Assembly (NCBI GenBank): GCA_963663165.1
Contig: OY760175.1
Coordinates: forward strand, 6,336,001-6,400,000
From: an uncultured Desulfospira sp.
Lineage (GTDB): Bacteria; Desulfobacterota; Desulfobacteria; Desulfobacterales; Desulfobacteraceae
Reading direction: 5' to 3'
DNA: 64,000 nt
The translations under genes and the position numbers were made by a program. The notes beneath the pieces are model-generated. The model did not search any database. It had not been told where the DNA came from and saw only the letters and a program-made list of their open reading frames with translations. Shown here piece by piece: positions 8,531-20,345 of this stretch (the first letter of the stretch is position 1; every line of letters begins with the position of its first letter).

Positions 8531-8989
8531 CTACCAGACTTCCGGAAAGGCCACATTGACAAATTTGTCTTCCATCATGTTTTTGTGGCCCCGCTCCATG
8601 GACGCCAGATCCATGAAAACGGCCCTAAGTTCCGGGTCGCTGCAATTTTCAGCCAGGGACGTGTATTGCTTCATGGCGGCCTCTTCATTTTTCATGGCAA
8701 GGCCAAGAGCGCTTTTTAAATCCATATTTTCAGTGACCTCCGGCATGTCAACGGTTTCGGCCACCTTAAAGTCTTTTTCAAAATCAAAATACCGGGCATC
8801 ATGCTTTTCCTGGTTCAGGATACCGGTCAGGATGGTCTCATGCTTTTTTTCTTCCTTGGCAAAATCAGCGAACAGTTTTTTTAAATAGTCATCCTTGATT
8901 TTTGCGGCCACGCCCTCGTAAAAGGTCCGGGCGTCAATTTCACTTTGAATGGCTTTTGAAATAACGTCTTTGTACTGCTGGGCATCCAT
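8531..8989 (-). CDS. Ferritin-like/rubrerythrin family protein
   Basis: Two di-iron half sites: AIQSE...EEKKH and AMKNE...MERGH. Confidence 0.88.
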   Translation of the reverse strand: MDAQQYKDVISKAIQSEIDARTFYEGVAAKIKDDYLKKLFADFAKEEKKHETILTGILNQEKHDARYFDFEKDFKVAETVDMPEVTENMDLKSALGLAMKNEEAAMKQYTSLAENCSDPELRAVFMDLASMERGHKNMMEDKFVNVAFPEVW

Positions 8990-9089
8990 GATGTCCTCCT
9001 TGGAAAAGGGGTTGCTTTAGGGGGTTGCCTGAATCGGTTCCAATCCGGACCAGATTATCTTAGAACCCCGGACTTCTCAAGGAAAAATA

Positions 9090-9551
9090 TCAGGCCCGGT
9101 CCCCGGGCCTGACCATATCCACATGCAAAATGCCGTCTTCGTCATAGGGGGCGCCCACCGGTACAAATCCATGGGACCTGTAAAAATCCTGGAGATGGGC
9201 CTGGGCCCCGATGGTGATATCCCTTGACGGCCACTGGGCCTGGATCAGGGAAAGGGCCTTTTGAACCAGGGCATGTCCCAAGCCCGTTTTTCTAAAATCT
9301 TTAGCCACGGCCAGCCGCCCAAAACTGGGGGCGGGATAACTCACGCCCGGCGAAAGGACTCTCAGATAAGCGGCGGCCCGCCCGTCTCCATCCCGGACCA
9401 TGACATGAAGGGTCTTTTTGTGCCGGTCCTTATGGTCAATTTCCGGGTAAGGGCATTGCTGCTCAACCACAAACACATCCACCCGAAGCTTTAAAAACAA
9501 ATACAGCTCGTCAACAGTCAGGTCTTTAAATTGTTTTACGGTCCATTCCAT
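9090..9551 (-). CDS. elaA: ElaA-family GNAT N-acetyltransferase
   Basis: LRVDVFVVEQQCPYPEID, GAQAHLQDFY, YDEDGILHVDM. Confidence 0.9.
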   Translation of the reverse strand: MEWTVKQFKDLTVDELYLFLKLRVDVFVVEQQCPYPEIDHKDRHKKTLHVMVRDGDGRAAAYLRVLSPGVSYPAPSFGRLAVAKDFRKTGLGHALVQKALSLIQAQWPSRDITIGAQAHLQDFYRSHGFVPVGAPYDEDGILHVDMVRPGDRA

Positions 9552-9642
9552 TTTCCGGCCTTTGTCTTGTTCCGTGGTTTTGGCGTCCGAATTTTAACAG
9601 AACCTTCCGGGTTTTACCAAACCCAAATTTGCCATGGGATCT

Positions 9643-11328
9643 TTACCCGTATAACGATTTTTTCTGCATGATGTCTTTTAGCACAGATGCCGCGCCACAG
9701 ATCCGGTCCCCGGAGATCAAATCTTTCATGGCCGTTTCATCGGAAAAGGTGGTGAGCAAAGCTGCGGCAACGGCCTTGCCGCTCTTTATTAACTGGGCCA
9801 TGGGCTCGGCGGGTTGTGCTCCGGCACAAACATGGGTATCAAAAAAAATCCGGTAAAAGTCCCGCTGGGGCTTGTAATGGCCGGCATATTCACTGAGGTA
9901 TTTTTTGATGATGGTTCCTGTCTTTCGGGGGGACGGATCTTCTGCCGCTTGCCGGCAAATCCCCGTATAACAGGCCGCTATCAGGGCCGAACGGACATCA
10001 ACCATGATGTGCCTTGTCCGGTCCCGGGTGGCCCGGCAGATGAGATCGCAAAAATTTATAAGGGGTTCGAGCTGCTCTATGTCAATTTTAAGAATCAGTG
10101 AGACATAGGCCGTTTGCAGGGCTTGTTTTTCATTCTTGAGCCGCTCTTCGGGAAGATCTAATTTCTCCGCCGCCCGGGCAAGGTCCCGGATGGTCCTCTC
10201 AATGGATGCCATATCTGCCTCGCCCATTTCAAGCTGTTCAACAGCTGTTTTGAACAAGAGTCTGAAAATATCAAAATAGATGGGAGAATAGACGGGGGCG
10301 TTCTGAAAAGTGGCTGCAAAACGGGTTATATCCGGGTAGTTGAACAACATATTCAGGCGATAGCGCAACTGGGCAAGTCCCAGGTTTTTAAGGATATCCG
10401 TACGGCCGTCTTTCCCCGGCTTGGTATTTAAAAAAAGCCAGGTGAGGTTCTGTCTAAGGGCGTCATGGGTTTCGCCCAGGACAATGGGATATGACAGTCC
10501 CACAAGACCCATGAGACGGTGGGCCGCTGCCAAATACGCATCTGTTTTTTTTAGAATGGTAAGAATGGCGGCATCCAGGCTTCCCATTAATTGGAGGTAT
10601 TTTCTTTTGTTTTTTCCATGGACAAACACCTTGGCCCGGGCGGTCATTATCTTGGTGAACAATTCATTGCATGCGGCCATTTCTTTATGGGATTTTTTCA
10701 GGGTTCGGGCCTTGGCCTCTTCTGCCATGGGCGGCAGGCTTGATCCGGTCAGCCGGCAGATGAGGCCTGCATTACTGATTTCATCCAGGTCGTGGCGCCA
10801 GGACCTGTCCTGGTTGAGGCTTTGGGCCAGGCCGTCAAGGGTCTTGTTTACCAGCTCATTGTAATTTCGTCCGGCATTGCTTCCAATGATTATTTTCGAC
10901 AGGTCCGGGGACAAGAGGGCGTTATCCACTGTCCCTTTACAGGTTTTGAAACTGTTGAAATAGGTGATGATTATGTTGGTGCTCAACAGCTCAATGGCCG
11001 TTTTGCTGTCCGCTGCCAGAATCTTTTCTAAAGGCACGCTGAACCCGCAGACAAAGGAAACCGCCTCGGCCTCCATGCTGAATTCCCGGAAAAGTGCGTA
11101 AAGGGCTTCAACATATTCATCCGGGAAAAAATCACCTGCCCTGGCCATTTCATCAAGAAAAAATCGGATGATGATCTGGGCGTGGACCAGGGGACGCCCC
11201 TTTGCGTCGGTTTTATGTTGTTCTAAAGGGGACAGGCCTTTGGTGCCCTGCACAAGGAGGCCGGACACCTTTTGTTTATAAAGCCGTTCTTTTAATTTTT
11301 TTATTTTATTGGGGCTAAGTATTGCCAT
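9643..11328 (-). CDS. Hypothetical helical protein, 561 aa, overlapping the end of the FapA gene
   Basis: Long ORF whose start overlaps the upstream gene end by 14 bp; no recognised motif. Confidence 0.75.
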   Translation of the reverse strand: MAILSPNKIKKLKERLYKQKVSGLLVQGTKGLSPLEQHKTDAKGRPLVHAQIIIRFFLDEMARAGDFFPDEYVEALYALFREFSMEAEAVSFVCGFSVPLEKILAADSKTAIELLSTNIIITYFNSFKTCKGTVDNALLSPDLSKIIIGSNAGRNYNELVNKTLDGLAQSLNQDRSWRHDLDEISNAGLICRLTGSSLPPMAEEAKARTLKKSHKEMAACNELFTKIMTARAKVFVHGKNKRKYLQLMGSLDAAILTILKKTDAYLAAAHRLMGLVGLSYPIVLGETHDALRQNLTWLFLNTKPGKDGRTDILKNLGLAQLRYRLNMLFNYPDITRFAATFQNAPVYSPIYFDIFRLLFKTAVEQLEMGEADMASIERTIRDLARAAEKLDLPEERLKNEKQALQTAYVSLILKIDIEQLEPLINFCDLICRATRDRTRHIMVDVRSALIAACYTGICRQAAEDPSPRKTGTIIKKYLSEYAGHYKPQRDFYRIFFDTHVCAGAQPAEPMAQLIKSGKAVAAALLTTFSDETAMKDLISGDRICGAASVLKDIMQKKSLYG

Positions 11329-13420
11329 GTATCTGAATTTCAGATCCCTTTTTGTCTTTGAGTGCCACCGCTTTGATGGTTACATTTTTTATTTCTTCGG
11401 TGATATGCCTGGTTGCGCCCAGCCCGTTGATGACAGTGCCCGTACTGACCCGCCCGGTTACGGATACCACTGGGCTTCCCGGATTTTCCTGTGCCCATTC
11501 GCTGAAGTTGGCCTGTTCGTAAAAAAGGTCTTCAAGGGTATCTTCCACCTGTTCGCGCTCCACTGCCAGGTCAAGAATCTGGTTTTCCTTATGCTCCATA
11601 CGGTTAAACAGGGTATTGAGATCCCTGTCAAGCCGTTGGACCAGTGCTCCGGCATCCCGGATCCGGGCATTCAAATCTGCCAGCCCGGCGGGTTCCATTG
11701 CCTGAGACTGCCCGTTCTCTTTAAGTTCTTGGGCTTGTTGCATTAATACCAGTTTGGCTTCTCTGGCCCGGTCGCTTTCTATGGGGATGCGGCTGGAAGC
11801 CATGTGCAGCTCTTTTATTTCCAGGGTCAGGGTCTTGGTTTTGGCCCGGATTTGATCCAGTCGGTCTTTGCAGGTGACGATGCGGTGTTCAATGGTGTCG
11901 ATTTCCTTTTTTGTAAAGGTATCCACCCCGGCAGTGATGGTGTTGGGAACGGATTTGTCCGTTCCCAGATTCCGGGCGAAAAGCCCTTTATTGCATATGA
12001 TCTGTGATGAGATAACTTCTCCGCCGGGAATGAGAACGGCACCACTGGTTTCAATATGGCAGTTAACGATTTCCTTGGCCACAGAAAGATTGCCCATACA
12101 GTATATCTGGGAGTTCTGGATGAATTTGGCCGAAACATTTCCCCTGGCGTATATCTTTGCGCCATTCACCCCGTTGTCCACGGTGACATCCCCCTGGGCA
12201 TGAATTTCGCCGCCATCCACCGTATGGATACGGACGGCCTGTCCCTTAATCCGGAATCCATCCATAAGGGTGCCTTTGACATCGATATCCCCCCCGTATT
12301 CAAGGTGGCCGGTCTTGTAATTAATGTCCGTTTTTACGGTGAATGTACTGGCAACTTCTATATTTCCGGACATTCCCAGCCTTGGATGGCCGCTGATGCC
12401 CGCATACAGTTTTAAGCCGTCCTCAGAAAGGGTGACGCCGGATTTGAATTTCAAGGGAAGATCCATGGCCGGGGAGACGATTTCCACCTGGCCAAACACA
12501 GTGGTGCCGTTCCGGGACTCTGTCATGGGAAATTTTTCAGCCAGAAGACTGCCCTCAGCCACCCAGGGAATTTCTCCCCTGTCCTTGAAATCCATATTCC
12601 CGTTTTCATCTTTTCCGCCCGACTTGAGGTAGTCTGTATCAAAATAATACTCTATCCTGGCATCATTTCCCTGCCTGGGGGATATGCCCGATGCAATTTC
12701 AAAGGGTATCCGCTTATACCCCCTGGAACGGATGAATCCGTTTATTCTTTCATCTTCGGCAATTCCGTATAGGATCCCCTGGTCCATCAGCTGTTTTTTT
12801 AAGTCTTCGGGGGTTATGGACGGATCAAAATGTTCCGTCTTTTTTAAAAAGGCGCTCATGCCCTCTTTGTCCACTTCCAGCAGGATTCCGCCGGTGAGTT
12901 CTGCTTTCAGGGAAAGGTCCTCTGAATTGCCCGCAGCGGCGTCAGGCTCAGGGGAAGAGGGGGGCGGGGAAACGGAGGGCTCTGTATCCTGACTTGAAGG
13001 CGGCGGTACAGGGCTGTTGCCGGGAACGGATTGCGGCGGCCTTTTTGATGCCTGGAAAATACGTTTGAAGTCATTTCTGGAGAGGATTTTCTTCTCGACC
13101 CAGACCTCCCCGATGAACCGGGGCGGCATCTGTTTTTTCACCGCTTCCATCTGGCAGGCCATTTCCTGATCAAATAACTCAGATCCAATATACCCGAGTT
13201 TAACGGCGATACGTCCGAACAGATCATTTTTTTTCATGATTTTCAAGGCATGATAGGTGACGGCCAGAATTCTCATCTGATTGAGGGAAAGAATGTTTTT
13301 AGAGATAAAATATTTTTTTAACGCGATTTCCAGATTATCGGCACCCCGGCATGCCGCCAGGGCCTCGTCGCATTGGGCCCTGGTAATCAATTTTTTCTGT
13401 AATGCAATTTTTTCCAGCAT
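11315..13420 (-). CDS. FapA (DUF342) family protein with N-terminal MshEN-like repeats
   Basis: MDFKDRGEI, TGHLEYGGDIDVKG, beta-helix region and coiled coil. Probable start ATG 13420 (ORF extends to 13525). Confidence 0.85.
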   Translation of the reverse strand: MLEKIALQKKLITRAQCDEALAACRGADNLEIALKKYFISKNILSLNQMRILAVTYHALKIMKKNDLFGRIAVKLGYIGSELFDQEMACQMEAVKKQMPPRFIGEVWVEKKILSRNDFKRIFQASKRPPQSVPGNSPVPPPSSQDTEPSVSPPPSSPEPDAAAGNSEDLSLKAELTGGILLEVDKEGMSAFLKKTEHFDPSITPEDLKKQLMDQGILYGIAEDERINGFIRSRGYKRIPFEIASGISPRQGNDARIEYYFDTDYLKSGGKDENGNMDFKDRGEIPWVAEGSLLAEKFPMTESRNGTTVFGQVEIVSPAMDLPLKFKSGVTLSEDGLKLYAGISGHPRLGMSGNIEVASTFTVKTDINYKTGHLEYGGDIDVKGTLMDGFRIKGQAVRIHTVDGGEIHAQGDVTVDNGVNGAKIYARGNVSAKFIQNSQIYCMGNLSVAKEIVNCHIETSGAVLIPGGEVISSQIICNKGLFARNLGTDKSVPNTITAGVDTFTKKEIDTIEHRIVTCKDRLDQIRAKTKTLTLEIKELHMASSRIPIESDRAREAKLVLMQQAQELKENGQSQAMEPAGLADLNARIRDAGALVQRLDRDLNTLFNRMEHKENQILDLAVEREQVEDTLEDLFYEQANFSEWAQENPGSPVVSVTGRVSTGTVINGLGATRHITEEIKNVTIKAVALKDKKGSEIQIHGNT

Positions 13421-13865
13421 AGTCTGCCTCAATCCTTGGTGGCCGGCGTTGATATTGCGGCTGAATCGGACAGCCGCCATGTCCTCCGGTCTTTTGCACC
13501 CGTTTCTTAATACAGCAAGGGTCATGCCAACGGACGGTCATTTGGGTTGAAGGGCGTGGATTTTGCTTTATAAAACAATTGGTTAAGCTAAACTTTGTTA
13601 TTCTCGGACAGCTTGTTTTTAATTCGATTTCTTGAAAACGAGAACGAGCACTATTCTTGTTTCCAAGAAATTGTATAGGGCAGGTCTCAGCGCACAATAC
13701 ACACTGAATGTGATACAAAAGCGTTATGCGTGTCTCATTCTGTCCCAAAAAGATACAAGTTCTGTTTGCCATTGTTCCGGGCCAGGCTGTCGGCATAATG
13801 GTGATGGGCCGTCAAATTCCGTTTTTATCCCCGATTTATCAAAAAACTCCAAAATAAAATATCGA

Positions 13866-13881
13866 TGGCACGGTGCCTGCA
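13866..13881 (+). promoter_or_regulatory. Candidate sigma-54 (-24/-12) promoter for prx-tpx
   Basis: TGGCACGGTGCCTGCA versus consensus TGGCACG-N4-TTGCW (one mismatch), ~115 bp upstream of the prx start. Confidence 0.6.
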
Positions 13882-13994
13882 TATATAATTCTTCATGTGA
13901 ATCAAAACATATGCCACATACAATGGACATCTGATCCAAGGCAAAATAAAGTTTGTTTACCAGTACCACTTTTTAATTTTAAAGGAGAAAAAAC

Positions 13995-14642
13995 ATGGAA
14001 CAACAAAATCCCAGCATCCCCCTTCTTGGCGACGACTTCCCCGAAATGAACGTATCCACCACTTTTGGCCCCATGAGTCTGCCCGGCGATCTGAAAGGAA
14101 AATGGTTTGTCCTTTTCAGCCACCCGGCGGATTTTACCCCGGTATGTACCACAGAGTTTGTGGGTTTTCAAAAACGGATTGCCCAGTTTGAAGAACTCGG
14201 GGTCCAGCTCATCGGCATGTCCGTTGACCAGGTGTTCAGCCATATTAAATGGGTGGAATGGATTAAGGAAAAACTGGACATCGAAATCACCTTCCCCATT
14301 GTCGCGGCCAACGATTTTATTGCCAACAAACTGGGCATGCTGCATCCGGGCAAAGGGTCCAACACGGTCCGTGCGGTATTTGTGGTTGATCCGGAAAGCA
14401 AGGTCCGCCTGGTGCTTTACTATCCCCAGGAAATCGGCCGGAACATGGACGAGATTGTCCGGGCCACCAAGGCGCTGATTACTTCCGACAAAAATGGCGT
14501 GGCCATTCCTGCCAACTGGCCGGAAAATGAGCTCATCAAGGATCGGGTCATCATTCCGCCGGCCCAGTCACAAAAGGATGCCAAAACCCGGCTGGATGAA
14601 TATGAAGGATATGACTGGTGGTTCTGCCACAAATCCTTGTAA
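13995..14642 (+). CDS. Peroxiredoxin (Prx6/archaeal-type AhpC family)
   Basis: [28 protein letters not shown]-terminal DWWFC. Confidence 0.95.
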   Translation: MEQQNPSIPLLGDDFPEMNVSTTFGPMSLPGDLKGKWFVLFSHPADFTPVCTTEFVGFQKRIAQFEELGVQLIGMSVDQVFSHIKWVEWIKEKLDIEITFPIVAANDFIANKLGMLHPGKGSNTVRAVFVVDPESKVRLVLYYPQEIGRNMDEIVRATKALITSDKNGVAIPANWPENELIKDRVIIPPAQSQKDAKTRLDEYEGYDWWFCHKSL

Positions 14643-14745
14643 TCTCGATTTGTTTAAATCCACATGGCCCGGAAGGTATTTGATTTTTTTCGGGCCTCGT
14701 TTTTTAAAAGCTAATGGCTAACAGCTAAAATAAGGAGGCCATACC

Positions 14746-15243
14746 ATGACAACAACAAACTTAGGGGGGAACCCCGTCACCCTCAAAGGTGATTTTCCCC
14801 AGAAAGGGGATAGCGCCAAACCGGTTGCATGGGTGAATCAGGACCTGTCCCAGGGCTCTCTGGATGATTTTAACGGACAAAGAAAGGTGCTCAATATTTT
14901 CCCCAGCATTGATACCGGCATCTGTGCCACTTCTGTCAGAACCTTTAATCTTCGGGCGGCGGAACTCACCAACACCAAAGTGATCTGCCTGTCCTTTGAC
15001 CTGCCCTTTGCCCAGCAGCGGTTCTGCGGTGCCGAAGGCATTGAAAACGTGGTCACTGGCTCTCTTTTCCGGAACAGCGAAGTGGCCCGGGACTACGGCG
15101 TTCTCATGCAGGACGGCCCTTTGGCAGGGCTTTCCGCCCGGGCCGTCATTGTCCTTGATGAAAACAATACGGTGATCCATGCCCAGTTGGTGGATGACAT
15201 CAAAAAGGAGCCGGACTACGATGCGGCCCTGGCCGTTCTGTAG
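14746..15243 (+). CDS. tpx: Thiol peroxidase
   Basis: FPSIDTGICA, DLPFAQQRFCGAEGI, EPDYDAAL. Confidence 0.95.
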   Translation: MTTTNLGGNPVTLKGDFPQKGDSAKPVAWVNQDLSQGSLDDFNGQRKVLNIFPSIDTGICATSVRTFNLRAAELTNTKVICLSFDLPFAQQRFCGAEGIENVVTGSLFRNSEVARDYGVLMQDGPLAGLSARAVIVLDENNTVIHAQLVDDIKKEPDYDAALAVL

Positions 15244-15259
15244 CCAATTGCCGCCACAC

Positions 15260-15304
15260 AAAAAAAACCCTTCCAGGCCAATATCAGCCTTGGAAGGGTT
15301 TTTC
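15260..15304. terminator. Bidirectional intrinsic terminator between tpx and ahcY
   Basis: aaaaaaaacccttccaggc...gccttggaagggttttt, with flanking A and T tracts between convergent genes. Confidence 0.75.
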
Positions 15305-15374
15305 TTAAAATAGGGCGCCAATTAGGGATTAGAAAATCCGGTCTCCCGTTTCCGGTCTGGGGCCCCCATCCATT

Positions 15375-16823
<1,449 letters not shown>

Positions 16824-16834
16824 TTATTTCCTCC

Positions 16835-18007
16835 TTAAAGTCCTGCAAGTTCTCTGATTTGGCCGGCCTTATCGGTCCGTTCCCAGTAAAAGTCCGGGTC
16901 TTTCCTGCCAAAATGGCCGTAGGCAGAGGTTTTCCGGTAAATGGGCCGCAGCAGGTCCAGGGTCTGGATAATGGCTGCGGGCCTTAAGTCAAACACCTCT
17001 TTGACAATCTTTATGGCCTCTGCTTCATCAATTTTTCCAGTGCCCATAAAGTCCACCAGCATGGAAACCGGCTCAGCCACGCCAATGGCATAGGCGATCT
17101 GAATCTCACACTTGTCCGCGATACCTGAGGCCACCAGATTCTTGGCCACATACCGCCCCATGTAGGAAGCGCTCCGGTCCACCTTGGAGGGATCTTTGCC
17201 GGAAAAGCATCCGCCCCCGTGGCTGCCCTGGCCGCCATAGGTATCCACAATAATCTTACGGCCGGTCACCCCGCAGTCTCCCATGGGGCCGCCAATGACA
17301 AAACGGCCGGTGGGGTTGATGAAAAACCGGGTATCGCCGTCAATCATGTCTTCGGGGATGATTTTTTTAATCACCTCTTTAACAACGGCGGTTTTCAGGT
17401 CGTCATAGGTCACGTCCGGTGAATGCTGGGTGGAAACCACCACCGTATCGACCCGGACCGGTTTGCCGGCCACATATTCTATGGTGACCTGGGATTTGCC
17501 GTCAGGCCTCAGGAAATCAAGGGCCCCGTTTTTCCGGACCTGGGTCAGCCGTTTGGTCAACTGATGGGCATAGGTAATGGGCATGGGCATGAGCTCTTCG
17601 GTTTCGTTGGTGGCAAACCCGAACATGAGGCCCTGGTCGCCGGCCCCCTGTTCCTTGTACAGGCCGTCGCCTTCGTTGACCCCCTGGGCAATGTCCGGGG
17701 ACTGCTGGTCAATGCTGGTGATGACCGAACAGGTTTTCCAGTCAAATCCCATGGCAGACGAGTTGTACCCAATGTCCCGGATGGTGTTCCGGACCACTTC
17801 GGGGATATCCACGTAGCACTCGGTTGTGATTTCTCCGGCAACCATGGCAAGCCCCGTGGTCACCAGTGTCTCGCAGGCAACCCTGCATTTTTTATCCTCT
17901 GCAATGATGGCATCCAGAATAGAGTCTGAAATGGCATCGGCCACTTTATCGGGGTGGCCCTCTGTCACGGACTCAGACGTAAATAATGAAGAACCTTTAC
18001 CAGCCAT
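16835..18007 (-). CDS. metK: S-adenosylmethionine synthetase
   Basis: [42 protein letters not shown]; start ATG 18007 after SD aaggag. Confidence 0.98.
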   Translation of the reverse strand: MAGKGSSLFTSESVTEGHPDKVADAISDSILDAIIAEDKKCRVACETLVTTGLAMVAGEITTECYVDIPEVVRNTIRDIGYNSSAMGFDWKTCSVITSIDQQSPDIAQGVNEGDGLYKEQGAGDQGLMFGFATNETEELMPMPITYAHQLTKRLTQVRKNGALDFLRPDGKSQVTIEYVAGKPVRVDTVVVSTQHSPDVTYDDLKTAVVKEVIKKIIPEDMIDGDTRFFINPTGRFVIGGPMGDCGVTGRKIIVDTYGGQGSHGGGCFSGKDPSKVDRSASYMGRYVAKNLVASGIADKCEIQIAYAIGVAEPVSMLVDFMGTGKIDEAEAIKIVKEVFDLRPAAIIQTLDLLRPIYRKTSAYGHFGRKDPDFYWERTDKAGQIRELAGL

Positions 18008-18094
18008 TTGACGCTCCTTGTATTTTAAAGGGTTGAAATCATCTTTTTCCAAAAGAAAAACACGTAAGGCATGAAAATTTAAAAACTGTTCCCT

Positions 18095-18123
18095 ATTATC
18101 CAGGTTTCGTTTCCATTTGTCAA
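18095..18123 (-). promoter_or_regulatory. Sigma-70 promoter for metK-ahcY
   Basis: TTGACA-N17-GATAAT on the minus strand. Confidence 0.6.
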
Positions 18124-18138
18124 TGGAAGAAAAGAAAG

Positions 18139-18158
18139 ATATCAAGATATGTTCATAT
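18139..18158. promoter_or_regulatory. 20-bp imperfect palindrome, candidate SahR-type operator
   Basis: ATATCAAGATATGTTCATAT (16/20 self-complementary) between divergent metK and adenosine kinase. Confidence 0.55.
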
Positions 18159-18258
18159 TTACATGAATCTTTCAGAATTCCCTTGACAATTTTCACCAGA
18201 CACAGAAAGATTCAGAAAACAAAGAACCAAAAGACAGAACACAAATCGGAGGCAAACC

Positions 18259-19239
18259 ATGTCTGAACAAAGCGCCAGCAGAGTGACCGGAATCGGATCG
18301 GCCTTAGTCGATGTATTGATCAATGAAACCGACCAGTTCTTAAAGGACTTGGGCAAGGAAAAAGGCGGGATGACTTACCATGATGACGGACAGATCCGGC
18401 AGATTCTGGACAAGTCGGACCAGACCCCCTTGATCGTCCCCGGCGGTGCGGCCTGCAACACCATTGTGGGGGTGGGCAAACTCGGCGGACAGGCCCGGTT
18501 TATCGGCACCCGGGGAAAAGATTCCTTTGGGGATCTGTTTGAAGAACAGGTCAGTTCCTGCGGGGTGGAAGCCCGGCTGACCCTTTCCGATTCCCCCACC
18601 GGAAAGGTCCTGTCCGTGGTCACCCCGGATGCCCAGCGGTCCATGTTCACCGATCTCGGGGCTTCCACTGAAATGAGTCCTGAAAAGATTTCCCCGGATC
18701 TGTTTGCTGACACGGCCATTGCCATGATCGAAGGCTACCTGCTGTTTAACCCGGAACTGATGAAGGCCTGTGTGGCGGCGGCCAAGCAGGCCGGCGCCCT
18801 GGTGGCCCTGGACCTGGCCAGCTTTGAAGTGGTAAATTCCGCCAAAGACCTTCTGGACAGCATTGTCCAGGAATCCGTTGACATTCTCATTGCCAACGAA
18901 GACGAAGCCAAGGCCTTTACCGGCACGTCCGATGAAGAAAAGAGCCTGGACCTTTTGTCCCGGAACGTCACCTGTGCGGTTCTAAAAGTGGGGGCCAGGG
19001 GCTCCTGGGTGAAATACAAAGACAAGGTCACCCGGATCGAACCGGTAAAGGGAAATGATCCCGTGGACACCACCGGTGCCGGAGACCTCTGGGCGTCCGG
19101 ATTTCTCTTTGGCCTTGCCCGGGGGCTTGACATTGAGCATTGCGGCCGGATCGGGTCGGCCTGCGGCTATGAGGTCTGCCAGGTCATGGGGGCCCAGATC
19201 CCGGAACCCGGCTGGGAAAGAATCCGGAAATTGATTTAA
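18259..19239 (+). CDS. PfkB-family carbohydrate kinase, probably adenosine kinase
   Basis: GIGSALVD, PGGAACNT, IANEDEA, DTTGAGD; divergent from metK-ahcY. Confidence 0.88.
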   Translation: MSEQSASRVTGIGSALVDVLINETDQFLKDLGKEKGGMTYHDDGQIRQILDKSDQTPLIVPGGAACNTIVGVGKLGGQARFIGTRGKDSFGDLFEEQVSSCGVEARLTLSDSPTGKVLSVVTPDAQRSMFTDLGASTEMSPEKISPDLFADTAIAMIEGYLLFNPELMKACVAAAKQAGALVALDLASFEVVNSAKDLLDSIVQESVDILIANEDEAKAFTGTSDEEKSLDLLSRNVTCAVLKVGARGSWVKYKDKVTRIEPVKGNDPVDTTGAGDLWASGFLFGLARGLDIEHCGRIGSACGYEVCQVMGAQIPEPGWERIRKLI

Positions 19240-19299
19240 AAAAGGCAGTCAGGCTGAAGGTGGTTAGACTGAACCCCTAACTTACGACAAACCTGGTCC

Positions 19300-20319
19300 T
19301 CAGCGGCTCGCCTGGTTTTTTGCATGGCCGATTTTGGAAAGCAATGCCTGAAACGCGTTGTTAAGCCGGATGAAGGCCTCATTGGACCCGCCCTTGTCCG
19401 GGTGGTGTTTTGAGGCAAGCTTCCGGTAAAGCCGGGTCAGTCCCCGTTTGTCCAGGGCCTCAAATGCCTTCTGGTCAATTTCAAACATGGAAAAGGCTTT
19501 CTGGGTTTGCATGACCTTTTTGGGCGGGGGCCGGAACCGTGTCCGGTTCCGGAAGATAAAATCTTTTTCCAGTTCTTCGAGCAGGGTGGAATGGGCGTAT
19601 TCGTGGTCAAAAAACATGATCAGATACCGGATCATGTAGGGAGCCAGGCTTGAGTTCCGGTCAAACAGGGAGTGGTTCAGCCGGCACAGCTCTTTAAGGA
19701 AAAATTTCTCCACCTTTTCCTGGTCCATGGCCTGGGGCATTTTCTTGGCCAGAAACCCTGAAAAAAAACTCTGGAGGTCAAAAATCGCATACACATAGGA
19801 TTTTACCTCCTTTGCCTTAAGACCGGTTTCCCTGGCCATGAAATCTTGCTCGATCTCATCCCTGGATTTTAGGGTCAAATCCTTGAACAGGGCGGCCGGC
19901 ATGCCGGAAACCGGGCCCTGGTCCATGTTCCCGAATTTCAGATAATGGGCCCGCCGCATGTCAAAGGGGTGGACGGATTTTAAAATCCGCTCTTTTTCCT
20001 CCCTGGACAAGGGGGTTCTTTTCCGGCTTGAAAAGGACCGGTTCCGGAAAGTCTCCACAGCCCTCTGGATATCCGGCCTTACCCAGGGCCAGAACAAATC
20101 CTCCAGCTGGTCCATGTCAAAGGTCGCGGCCCTGTCCATGAGCAGGTCCACCAGATTCTCATCCAGGTAAAAGGCGTTCCCGCCGGGATAGTCTACCCAT
20201 TTGCCCGGGCTTGGCCCCAAATCAAAAAGATCCCGGGACACATAGGCGGTCTCCTGCCGGGCAGATTCCCGCAGTATAAATGTTTCCCCCTTGGGGGTAT
20301 TGACTCTGGCAATATACAA
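19300..20319 (-). CDS. Protein with C-terminal J domain
   Basis: LYRKLASKHHPDKGGSNEAFIRLNNAF at the C-terminus. Confidence 0.8.
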   Translation of the reverse strand: MYIARVNTPKGETFILRESARQETAYVSRDLFDLGPSPGKWVDYPGGNAFYLDENLVDLLMDRAATFDMDQLEDLFWPWVRPDIQRAVETFRNRSFSSRKRTPLSREEKERILKSVHPFDMRRAHYLKFGNMDQGPVSGMPAALFKDLTLKSRDEIEQDFMARETGLKAKEVKSYVYAIFDLQSFFSGFLAKKMPQAMDQEKVEKFFLKELCRLNHSLFDRNSSLAPYMIRYLIMFFDHEYAHSTLLEELEKDFIFRNRTRFRPPPKKVMQTQKAFSMFEIDQKAFEALDKRGLTRLYRKLASKHHPDKGGSNEAFIRLNNAFQALLSKIGHAKNQASR

Positions 20320-20345
20320 AAGCCTGATCCCCTTCAGCCTTCAGC

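Noticed and set aside
18008..18196. SAM/SAH riboswitch or N-terminal extension of MetK
   Set aside because: The region is AT-rich, holds promoter boxes and lacks aptamer motifs; the SD supports a start at 18007.
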